Shown piece by piece: positions 15,748-22,550 of a stretch of 32,000 nucleotides of DNA. The notes under the pieces are model-generated. The model was not told the DNA's origin, did not search any database, and saw only the letters and a list, made by a program, of their open reading frames with translations. The position numbers and the translations under genes are program-made. Source of the DNA: Candidatus Woesearchaeota archaeon (GTDB taxonomy: Archaea; Nanobdellota; Nanobdellia; Woesearchaeales; ARS49); NCBI GenBank assembly GCA_002687275.1, contig NYZT01000021.1, forward strand, positions 29,317 through 61,316. The letters run 5' to 3'. How positions within the stretch are numbered: position 1 is the stretch's first letter; each line of letters begins with the position of its first letter.

Positions 15748-16170
15748 CTACGGTTTTAGCCTATAGCGCACCTCCTCAGGCCCTTCGCCCTCTTCGTTGA
15801 CCCATGCCACAGTTATGACGCCGTCCTCCACCGCCAAGGCCACTCGGTTGTAGCCCCACAGGTCCTTTCTGTCCTCGCTCTGGTCGCGTTGGTGCCGAGT
15901 GATTATGTGTGGGCTGCTGCAGGCAGCGAACTCCGGATCTCCCCGCACCCTATGATACACGGTTACCCAGTCTGTCCATTCTACGCCATAGCGTCTGAAC
16001 TGGTGGTAGCGTTGGTGCCATCGCGCAGCAACAATCTCATGCGTCTCTGTCTGCACAAACCCCACGTCTTGGACGCCTGCTCTTTGACTCTCCACCTTGT
16101 CTCCCCACTCTTGGGGTCGTAAGTAATCTTCAATTCCCTCTACCTCTTGGCAGAGTTGTTGCGTGTCCAT
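15748..16170 (-). CDS. Hypothetical protein (140 aa)
   Basis: ORF with GGAGA 6 nt upstream of the ATG. No family recognised. Confidence 0.6.
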   Translation of the reverse strand: MDTQQLCQEVEGIEDYLRPQEWGDKVESQRAGVQDVGFVQTETHEIVAARWHQRYHQFRRYGVEWTDWVTVYHRVRGDPEFAACSSPHIITRHQRDQSEDRKDLWGYNRVALAVEDGVITVAWVNEEGEGPEEVRYRLKP

Positions 16171-16348
16171 TTTCGTCTCCTAGAGTTACCTCTAGAAGAG
16201 TATAGGGGGAGTCTGCACCCATAACGATTGGTATGAATAATATATACACAAAGTACGAACAAAACGTTTAAATACTCACCACTCGTCCTATCACCATGCG
16301 AGTTGATTGTCTTCATTGAGGCTCAAAAACTTCTTCTAACTAGTCCAT

Positions 16349-16420
16349 GGTGGCTGTGGCGTAATGGTAGCGTAGAGGCTTGTGGAGCCTCTGGCCCGGG
16401 TTCGATTCCCGGCAGCCGCC
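16349..16420 (+). tRNA. tRNA-His (anticodon GTG) with genomically encoded G-1; no encoded CCA
   Basis: Folded by hand. Acceptor GTGGCTG/CAGCCGC. D arm GCGT-AATGGTA-GCGT (two G-U pairs). Anticodon arm GAGGC-TTGTGGA-GCCTC. 4-nt variable loop. T arm CCGGG-TTCGATT-CCCGG. Discriminator C16420 can pair with the extra 5' G16349, which is a His-specific feature. Confidence 0.9.
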
Positions 16421-16433
16421 TTCGAGGTGCAAA

Positions 16434-17678
16434 ATGCCAAAAGGAATGAAGGATTACTATCCAGAGGAAAAGGCAGTACGCGAAAAAATGTACGCGACCT
16501 TCAAAGCCAGAGCAAAAGCGTACGGCTTCCAAGAGGTAGAAATGCCGGTCATGGAAACCGTAGAAAACCTCACCGCAAAATCTGGCCCAGACAAGAAAGA
16601 GCAAATCTTTTTGCTAGAAAAAAGAAGCAACGAACAGCTAGGACTGCGGTTTGACCTCACCATACCCATGACCAGACTCTTCGTGGCCAAACAAAAAGAG
16701 CTACCCAAACCCGTCAAATGGTTCTGCGTGGACAAGAACTGGCGTTACGAAGCACCCCAAAAAGGAAGACTACGAGAGTTCTACCAGTTCGGCGTAGAAG
16801 TCTTTGGCTCTGAGAGCCCAAGAGTGGACGCAGAGGTCATCAACCTCGTCATAGACTGCATGCAAGCCTTTGGACTAACCGAAAAAGAAGTCATCATGAA
16901 GGTCAACAGCAGAAAACTCCTAGAAGGATTGCTCGCCTCTTACGTCTCACCCAAACAAATGGTAGACGTCATCCGCGCCATCGACAGAGCGGCAGGCGAA
17001 GACCAGGAAACCCTCAAAAAAGAGCTCAAAGGCATAGGCATTGAGAACGACGAGGTCGTCAAGCTCGCCCAGATCAAAGGAAGCATGCAAGAGGTAGCAT
17101 CACAGATAGCAAACTGCGACATAACCGAAGAAGGAAAGGAAGAGCTAGAAAAATTGAAGCAAGCCTGCGCCTTACTACCCAAAGCATGGGTCGAGGTAGA
17201 CCTCGGACTAGCAAGAGGACTGGACTACTACACCGGCATCGTGTTCGAGGCCTTTGACAGAGCAGGCGAGCTACGAGCGCTAGCAGGCGGCGGAAGATAC
17301 GACGCCCTGACCTCGTTGCTCGGCGGCGAAGACACACCCGCAACAGGCTTCGGCTTCGGCATACTCCCCTTCAGCATCTACTTAGAAGAAAAAGGGTTGG
17401 TGCCAAAAACAGGCTTTGTCATCGAATACTTTGTCGCACCCGTAGACGAGGCAGTCGTGCCAGAAGCCTTCCGCATCACAGAAAAACTACGAAAAAAGTT
17501 CAACGTCGAGGTAGACCTAGCCGGCAGAAAACTCAGCAAACAATTTGAGTACGCAGCATCCATCGGAGCAAAAAAAGTCATCGTGGTAGGCTCACGAGAC
17601 CTAGAAAAGGGCCTCGTCACCGTCCGAGACCTTGCCAAGGGCAAGGAAGAGCAGGTCAAGGTTGAAGACCTAGGTTAG
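16434..17678 (+). CDS. hisS: Histidine--tRNA ligase
   Basis: MPKGMKDYYPEE start, motif 2 region WRYEAPQKGRLREFYQFGVEVFG and motif 3 region LAGGGRYD. GAGGTG lies 5 nt upstream of the ATG at 16434. The track's 16380 start would overlap the tRNA. Confidence 0.95.
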   Translation: MPKGMKDYYPEEKAVREKMYATFKARAKAYGFQEVEMPVMETVENLTAKSGPDKKEQIFLLEKRSNEQLGLRFDLTIPMTRLFVAKQKELPKPVKWFCVDKNWRYEAPQKGRLREFYQFGVEVFGSESPRVDAEVINLVIDCMQAFGLTEKEVIMKVNSRKLLEGLLASYVSPKQMVDVIRAIDRAAGEDQETLKKELKGIGIENDEVVKLAQIKGSMQEVASQIANCDITEEGKEELEKLKQACALLPKAWVEVDLGLARGLDYYTGIVFEAFDRAGELRALAGGGRYDALTSLLGGEDTPATGFGFGILPFSIYLEEKGLVPKTGFVIEYFVAPVDEAVVPEAFRITEKLRKKFNVEVDLAGRKLSKQFEYAASIGAKKVIVVGSRDLEKGLVTVRDLAKGKEEQVKVEDLG

Positions 17679-17709
17679 GTTATTAAACCCTGCACCATTA
17701 CCTAATACT

Positions 17710-18261
17710 ATGTTGCGAGGATTATACACAACAGTGTTCACCTTGGCAGTGGCTTCATTATTCGGCTGCAAGGGAGCAAGTGTTGTAGAAAAACCCGTGT
17801 CGCAACCTAAACCAGCAACCCCTTCAACCTTGGCGCAAAGCGTGTTGGACTTTAAGGGCGAAAAGAAAGTAGAGCCCTTTCGTAACGGCACAGAGCACAC
17901 CATCCCTGAATCAGAATTTTCTAGGTTTACCTTTACCGCCGTGCACACCCCGGGAGGCCCTGTAACCTACAGAGACCAGAATCCTGCGGGTTGGAGTCCT
18001 GGAGACCGTTTGCAGTATTCAGTCCAGCATGCTCCAGGTCCTGGAGATGGTTCTTGGTTTAGAAAGTACCAAGACGAGTGTCAGCCTGACGGAAGCACAC
18101 GCACGAAGACTAGCGATAGAAACTACGGCATGTGGTGGAACCTCAGTCGCCTTTTGGAAACCCGCCCATCAGATTTCCAGCACATCGCACGCCACCACCA
18201 AGATGCGCGAACATTCAACCAAAGAGCTATTGAGTCCCAACCTTCTCCAGAACCGCAATAA
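17710..18261 (+). CDS. Putative secreted lipoprotein, function unknown
   Basis: The signal peptide ends in a lipobox-like ASLFGC. TTATTAAA lies 30 nt upstream of the ATG. Confidence 0.6.
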   Translation: MLRGLYTTVFTLAVASLFGCKGASVVEKPVSQPKPATPSTLAQSVLDFKGEKKVEPFRNGTEHTIPESEFSRFTFTAVHTPGGPVTYRDQNPAGWSPGDRLQYSVQHAPGPGDGSWFRKYQDECQPDGSTRTKTSDRNYGMWWNLSRLLETRPSDFQHIARHHQDARTFNQRAIESQPSPEPQ

Positions 18262-18289
18262 GACGTTTTCTGCATTACTAAATTGTGCT

Positions 18290-18328
18290 CGGAAATCTTC
18301 CGGAATTTCTTAGCAAACTCATATAAAA
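18290..18328 (+). promoter_or_regulatory. Shared promoter module copy 1: CGGAAATCTTCCGGAA-N14-CATATAAAA
   Basis: 16-mer at 18290-18305, TATA at 18320-18328, exact 14-nt gap. Upstream of the TumE-like gene. Confidence 0.55.
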
Positions 18329-18411
18329 CGATCAGCTGACTTGTTTCTAAGCGAAACATTTAAATTATGGTACTGCATACCCTATGGTATGCAATACCCG
18401 AGAAAACCATC

Positions 18412-18678
18412 ATGGAAATTCCACGGTATGAAAAACAGTGGATTGGGGAGGGCCTCTTTGTGGAGATGACGCTCTATCCTACTGCCTCAGGACCCAAGTT
18501 TAGCTTGGTGCTCATCGACCACGGAAAAAGAGTTGTGGGAATTGACAATCATGAGAACAAACCACCACACAAACATGTGGGCGCAAGAGAACTGCCATAC
18601 CCTTTCATCACACTCGATAAGTTGTTTACAGACTTTTGGCAGCTCGTTGTGGAATACTTGGAGAAAAAAAATGGCTAA
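18412..18678 (+). CDS. TumE/DUF6516-like putative toxin component
   Basis: LFVEMTLYP...FSLVLIDHGKRVVGIDNHENKPPHKHVGARELPYPFITLDKLFTDFWQLV fits my recollection of the family pattern (GYDNxxG..HxH...E.Y.F.....L..DF). An alternative in-frame ATG lies at 18367. I prefer 18412 because 18374-18393 is a perfect palindrome, which looks more like an operator or UTR. Confidence 0.65.
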   Translation: MEIPRYEKQWIGEGLFVEMTLYPTASGPKFSLVLIDHGKRVVGIDNHENKPPHKHVGARELPYPFITLDKLFTDFWQLVVEYLEKKNG

Positions 18679-19063
18679 AACACTCATCATACAAGTCCGC
18701 AGCATTTGGGAATCCTTTAAGGAATTCCGTCATGAGTACGAAAATGCAAAAAAGGGCAAAATGAAGGGCGGCTATTATCTGACTTTCGCCAACATGGCCT
18801 TGTTCCGTAAGACGATTACGCCGAAGAGGCTAGAGCTAGTGCATGTCATCGCTTCCAAAAAGCCTTCTTCTGTTAGGCAACTAGCCGCACTAGTAAGCCG
18901 TGATTACAAAAGCGTCAGCCAGGACCTCGCCATCCTCGAGGACAACGGCCTGGTAACGTTTTCTTCTCACAAAGGCCGAAAAATTCCTCAAGCAGCATAC
19001 GACAACCTCCACATAAAGATTCCGTTAGTGGCCACCCAGCGAGTAAACAATCCACCCCCCTAA
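18671..19063 (+). CDS. Winged-helix DNA-binding protein, TumA-like putative antitoxin/regulator
   Basis: MAKTLIIQVRSIWESFKEF...ITPKRLELVHVIASKKPSSVRQLAALVSRDYKSVSQDLAILEDNGLV is a MarR/ArsR-like wHTH. Its ATG overlaps the upstream stop (ATGGCTAA, 8-nt overlap). Confidence 0.7.
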   Translation: MAKTLIIQVRSIWESFKEFRHEYENAKKGKMKGGYYLTFANMALFRKTITPKRLELVHVIASKKPSSVRQLAALVSRDYKSVSQDLAILEDNGLVTFSSHKGRKIPQAAYDNLHIKIPLVATQRVNNPPP

Positions 19064-19096
19064 AAAGCAGGTGTTGTTAGTCTTGGGATCTCACAG

Positions 19097-19119
19097 GTAA
19101 ATAATCAGATGATTGTTTA
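19097..19119. repeat. 23-bp palindromic repeat, copy A (GTAAATAATCAGATGATTGTTTA)
   Basis: 20 of 23 positions match copy B. Arms are TAAATAATCA / TGATTGTTTA (9 of 10 complementary). Overlaps the stop codon of the 19117..19785 gene. Confidence 0.6.
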
Positions 19120-19785
19120 GTCGCTATGACATTTTTCGATTCCAATCACATATATCATGTTGTCGTCCAATGTGTTCAATTCGAAGAGTCCATTCTTGTC
19201 GTGTAAACGCATACCGTCCGAACTCTCCCCCAGAGGCCGAAGGTCTCTGGAGCGTAACGTTTCTTCACTAACCGATTCAATTCTCTTTCCGTCTGCATCA
19301 TGGAGGGTCACACCCACTTCAGGAACCTTAAGAAAAACAGGTACCTTATCTGCATCATTGTTTGGCGCATGGGCTTCTGTTCTTACGCGCATCATGGTCA
19401 CATAGTCAGCGGATGATCCTGAGATTAGATAATTGTGTAGGCTCAGATGAGCTTGCATATTTGGTATTGTGCAACTTGCATAACTTGCCACAGAGGGACC
19501 AGAAGCCCTTGCGTCCGCGATCTCGGAAGGGTCTAGGTCTGCGTATCCATCCTTCACGAAACTGAGAGGAAACGTAAAACGGAAATCCGCGATTATACTT
19601 TCGACTTTTTCGGCCGCCCATGAACGTCCATTGGCGATCCGGATCTGATCCACTTCGAAATCCAAATCAAATTCTTCCCTGCTGTCTTGACGTAAAGAAC
19701 TCATCAGCCTCTCGTAGAAGTTCCCATACATCTCTGTGTTGCTAATGCGCGACAGCCCCATATTCTGTGACTGGATTGATCTCAT
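19117..19785 (-). CDS. Hypothetical protein (222 aa), second gene of a two-gene cassette
   Basis: ORF with AGGGAG 8 nt upstream of the ATG, 21 nt downstream of the 109-aa ORF. No family recognised. Confidence 0.65.
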   Translation of the reverse strand: MRSIQSQNMGLSRISNTEMYGNFYERLMSSLRQDSREEFDLDFEVDQIRIANGRSWAAEKVESIIADFRFTFPLSFVKDGYADLDPSEIADARASGPSVASYASCTIPNMQAHLSLHNYLISGSSADYVTMMRVRTEAHAPNNDADKVPVFLKVPEVGVTLHDADGKRIESVSEETLRSRDLRPLGESSDGMRLHDKNGLFELNTLDDNMIYVIGIEKCHSD

Positions 19786-19806
19786 GATTCGTTTTCTCCC
19801 TTGTAA

Positions 19807-20136
19807 CTATCTTAGGTTTTGTCTTTGTTGTTCCAGATTGTCGGCTTCCTGATCTTCTTGCGTGAAGTCTTGTTCAAGCGTATTCTCGAGTATTTCTTCA
19901 TCATCTTTCGGCTTGGTTTCAGCGTCGAATTTGGTTAGCAAAGTATCCATTTGTTGATGATCTGTAAGTGGAACAGCTCTTGCGTACTGCGTTGCTTCAT
20001 TTTCATAAGTGACCTTGTAGATATCGCGTGGTCCACGTACTAAGTATTTGACTCCATCTTCAACGAATACCCATGCGGCGTCGGTGCTTCCTCGGACATT
20101 TCCGGTTTCACCATCGTAATTGTCAATATGTGTCAT
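19807..20136 (-). CDS. Hypothetical protein (109 aa) with an acidic C-terminal tail, first gene of a two-gene cassette
   Basis: ORF with GGGGGAG upstream of the ATG and TTTATATAG about 60 nt upstream. The C-terminus KPKDDEEILENTLEQDFTQEDQEADNLEQQ is highly acidic. Confidence 0.65.
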   Translation of the reverse strand: MTHIDNYDGETGNVRGSTDAAWVFVEDGVKYLVRGPRDIYKVTYENEATQYARAVPLTDHQQMDTLLTKFDAETKPKDDEEILENTLEQDFTQEDQEADNLEQQRQNLR

Positions 20137-20261
20137 GTTTTCTCCCCCGTAGCGATGTGCTACTTTATGCGTAGAATGGTATAGTATTGAACTATATAAA
20201 CCTGCCGGTTAATTGTGACTTGAAAGGGACGACACAATAGATTACGTGCCCGAGGGCAAGA

Positions 20262-20284
20262 GTAAACAATCAAGTGATTGTTTA
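20262..20284. repeat. 23-bp palindromic repeat, copy B (GTAAACAATCAAGTGATTGTTTA)
   Basis: Perfect 10+2+10 palindrome TAAACAATCA-AG-TGATTGTTTA. It lies 3 nt upstream of promoter-module copy 2 and upstream of the divergent cassette operon. Confidence 0.6.
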
Positions 20285-20287
20285 TCC

Positions 20288-20326
20288 CGGAAATCTTCCG
20301 GAACGGAATGCATAACGCATATAAAG
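20288..20326 (+). promoter_or_regulatory. Shared promoter module copy 2: CGGAAATCTTCCGGAA-N14-CATATAAAG
   Basis: The 16-mer at 20288-20303 is identical to copy 1. TATA at 20318-20326, 14-nt gap. The ATG at 20348 lies 30 nt from the TATA edge, which is leaderless-type spacing. Confidence 0.55.
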
Positions 20327-20347
20327 GGATGATGCTCAAAGAGCTCT

Positions 20348-20614
20348 ATGAGACATCGCGAAAGTGCGTGGCACTACCTGTTCTACTTTTCCTTAGGTGT
20401 TCTAACCGTGTGGACTATTTTGAAGGTGGTAGGCGTCATCAACTCACCAGCGTGGCTGGAGGTGGGCCTTCCTGCAGCACTCATACTTTCCGCTCTTTCT
20501 CTATATCAAAACCTGCTGGACAAATTTCATGTCGTGCTGGTCGAGCTTGGCAAGGTCCAGATAAGAGTAGACCATGTAGAAGAAGACGTTAAAGAAATAA
20601 AAATTACTTCTTAA
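20348..20614 (+). CDS. Small membrane protein (88 aa, two predicted TM helices)
   Basis: WHYLFYFSLGVLTVWTILKVVGV and WLEVGLPAALILSALSLY are hydrophobic spans. The TATA spacing supports this start over the overlapping 20278..20592 frame. Confidence 0.6.
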   Translation: MRHRESAWHYLFYFSLGVLTVWTILKVVGVINSPAWLEVGLPAALILSALSLYQNLLDKFHVVLVELGKVQIRVDHVEEDVKEIKITS

Positions 20615-20639
20615 ATTCTTCATAAAGAAAAGAAAAATA

Positions 20640-20653
20640 GAGGCTTAAGCCTC
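20640..20653. terminator. Perfect 14-bp palindrome between convergent genes
   Basis: GAGGCTTAAGCCTC. On the minus strand it is followed by CTATTTTTCTTTTCTTT, a T-rich run consistent with termination of ftsZ. Confidence 0.45.
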
Positions 20654-20668
20654 GAATTGGTTGTGTCA

Positions 20669-21736
20669 TCACAACATGTCTATGCCTAACTCGTCACTAA
20701 ACACTTTAGTGCGAGGCGTTGCCTGACTAGGGTTAGCCTTGCCCAAGATCCACGGACTCTTGACCCCTGTCACGATGGTCATCACCATGAGCTTGGTCTT
20801 CATCTCTTCCATGATTCTGGCTCCCCAGATCACGTTAGAGTCCTCGTCCATCTGTTGGGTAACTAACTCTCCAACCGTGTTAATCTCATCAAGGGTTAGG
20901 TCGGGACCTCCAACAACCTGGATTAGTGCACCGGTAGCTCCAGTGTACTCGATGTCCAAGAGCGGATTGCTTAGCGCGCCTTTGACGGCTTCCTCCACTC
21001 GGTTGTTTGTGTCACTCACACCCACACCGATGGCAGCTACGCCGCCGTTAGTCATGATGGCCTTGACATCTGCGTAGTCAAGATTCACCAGGCTAGGTAT
21101 GGCTATGGTTTCAACAATACCCTTGATCATGGTGGCAACTAATTCGTTTGCTACGGCAAAGGCTTGTTGTACTGGCAGGTTGCCAGCGATCTTTACCAAG
21201 CGGTTGTTGTCAACCACGATGACTGTGTCTGCAACGTTTCTTAGCTGTTGTAGACCAAATTCGGCTTTGTCAATGCGTGCTCGTTCGATGTTGAACGGCA
21301 TGGTCACAGTGCCAATGACTATGGCACCGTTTTCCTTCACCACTTGCGCTATCACAGGTGCAGCGCCAGTTCCGGTTCCACCTCCCATTCCCGCACATAC
21401 AAATACCATATCACTCCCACGTAACACCTCTCGTAGCTGCATTAAGCTCTCTTGCGCAGCTTCTGTTCCCTTGTTGGGAAAACCGCCGCACCCAAGACCG
21501 CGGGTGATCTCTCTGCCGAGTAGAATTTTCTTATCAGCTTCAGTGATGTCCAGATGTTGCTTGTCTGTGTTGCAGGCGATAACTTCTGCACCACGAATAC
21601 CTTTCTTATACAACCAACTTACCATGTTGTTGCCGCCGCCTCCGACGCCAACGACCTTTATGTTTGCATGACCGAACTCGGTCGCCTCTTGAGCTTGTTG
21701 CTCTTGCTCCAACGCGTTTTCAACTATTAAATCCAT
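20669..21736 (-). CDS. ftsZ: Cell division GTPase FtsZ
   Basis: IKVVGVGGGGNNMV, the tubulin signature GMGGGTGTGAAPV, and NxDxAD (NLDYADV). I chose the start at 21736 (MDLIVENALEQ) because GAGGAGGA lies 8 nt upstream. The track start at 21853 adds a non-FtsZ-like extension. Confidence 0.95.
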   Translation of the reverse strand: MDLIVENALEQEQQAQEATEFGHANIKVVGVGGGGNNMVSWLYKKGIRGAEVIACNTDKQHLDITEADKKILLGREITRGLGCGGFPNKGTEAAQESLMQLREVLRGSDMVFVCAGMGGGTGTGAAPVIAQVVKENGAIVIGTVTMPFNIERARIDKAEFGLQQLRNVADTVIVVDNNRLVKIAGNLPVQQAFAVANELVATMIKGIVETIAIPSLVNLDYADVKAIMTNGGVAAIGVGVSDTNNRVEEAVKGALSNPLLDIEYTGATGALIQVVGGPDLTLDEINTVGELVTQQMDEDSNVIWGARIMEEMKTKLMVMTIVTGVKSPWILGKANPSQATPRTKVFSDELGIDML

Positions 21737-21828
21737 GCTCTGATTCCTCCTCTTTTGTGAGCGTAAAAGGGCTCTCCAGTTTTGGATGGGGGTTTGGTAG
21801 AAACAACGTGGAGAGCCTGTGAGCATCA

Positions 21829-21848
21829 ATTGCGTCTTGCGACGCAAT
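21829..21848 (-). other. Stable hairpin with a GNRA loop in the ftsZ upstream region
   Basis: The minus strand reads ATTGCGTC-GCAA-GACGCAAT (8-bp stem, GCAA tetraloop), about 95 nt upstream of the ftsZ ATG. A second hairpin GTGTG-N7-CACAC lies at 21874-21890. Confidence 0.35.
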
Positions 21849-21949
21849 GTCACCAGTATAGTAGTGTGGTAATATCACACTTCCGTATACTGATACATGG
21901 GATGACCCCACTCATATTTAAACGTTTCGATTTTTAAAGGGAACACTAG

Positions 21950-22012
21950 CCATCATGGAAAAGTGGTGGTAACCTGGTCTCAACCACCAGGAGTGGTGGT
22001 TCGTTTTGATGG
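21950..22012 (+). promoter_or_regulatory. Attenuator-like leader: 5-codon uORF (MEKWW) plus mutually exclusive hairpins and a T-tract
   Basis: ATG GAA AAG TGG TGG TAA at 21955-21972. AGTGGTGGT occurs at 21962-21970 and again at 21992-22000, and both copies are complementary to ACCACCA at 21983-21989. The second hairpin is followed by TCGTTTT. TATA-like elements lie at 21914-21922 and 21931-21939. Confidence 0.25.
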
Positions 22013-22060
22013 AGACAGGCACAAAACATTATATACAGCGAGCATATTCTCTCATCTAGT

Positions 22061-22456
22061 ATGGTTATCCTGTTCGATCGCTTTAACCTGCCACCGGATG
22101 TTTTCGAGCTAATCTTTGCCACAGAGCAGCAGATCATCGTGGCCAAGGAACTCATCAAGTATATAATAGCAAACAAGGGCGAGATCACCAAAACCGAGAT
22201 GAGTGTTTTTGCCACAAAGCTCCACGAGGGCAAGTACGAGAGCGTGCTAGATCGCGGCCAGTACAAAGGAAAAGAAGTCAAGCTGTCATACAACAAACGC
22301 CAATTCTATGACAGGATATTAACACCCATGAAAGCCATGGGCCTTGTAGAATATGATCTCTACAAAAAGACGTACAAGATTAGCGTTCATTTCCAAGCAG
22401 ACATGATGAAGATAGGCATCATGTGGAAAGAAGCGTTACGAAGACTAGGAGTATGA
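22061..22456 (+). CDS. Hypothetical protein (131 aa), possible winged-helix fold
   Basis: ORF with TTATATAC 32 nt upstream. The C-terminal half (SYNKRQFYDRILTPMKAMGLVEYDLYKKTYKIS) resembles a recognition helix plus wing. This is a weak call. Confidence 0.55.
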   Translation: MVILFDRFNLPPDVFELIFATEQQIIVAKELIKYIIANKGEITKTEMSVFATKLHEGKYESVLDRGQYKGKEVKLSYNKRQFYDRILTPMKAMGLVEYDLYKKTYKISVHFQADMMKIGIMWKEALRRLGV

Positions 22457-22550
22457 CTACTCTTCGTCTTCCGGTTCCCAATCTTCTTCACCGGGCATGA
22501 TCATCACCCCGACGATAGAATAAGAGCGTAGTATTTATGTTTTATGGATC

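Noticed and set aside
16380-16433. N-terminal extension of the hisS ORF (track start 16380)
   Set aside because: It lies inside the tRNA-His gene. The ATG at 16434 has GAGGTG 5 nt upstream and gives the canonical MPKGMKDYYP HisRS start.
19117-20136. Claiming the two-gene cassette is compositionally foreign (low GC)
   Set aside because: Spot counts of individual 60-nt lines ranged from about 38 to 58 percent GC, so no clear deviation can be asserted by eye. A proper windowed GC and codon-usage calculation is needed.
20278-20592. 104-aa ORF overlapping the 88-aa membrane-protein frame
   Set aside because: It would start inside palindromic repeat copy B and read through promoter-module copy 2 and its TATA box. 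Its C-terminal half is Arg/Gly/Ser/Cys-rich and unlike a real protein. The 20348 frame has leaderless-type TATA spacing and two clean TM helices.
21720-22296. Track ORFs 21720..21911 (-), 21946..22296 (-) and the 39-codon N-terminal extension of ftsZ (to 21853)
   Set aside because: They have no SD or TATA support and poor composition, and they overlap either the structured ftsZ upstream region or the better-supported 22061..22456 gene. The FtsZ alignment begins at MDLIVEN, which has a strong SD.
22457-22500. Tiny acidic minus-strand ORF (MPGEEDWEPEDEE) just after the 22061..22456 stop
   Set aside because: It is only 13 codons, has no SD or TATA support, and overlaps the 3' end region of the + strand gene. 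It is most likely chance.
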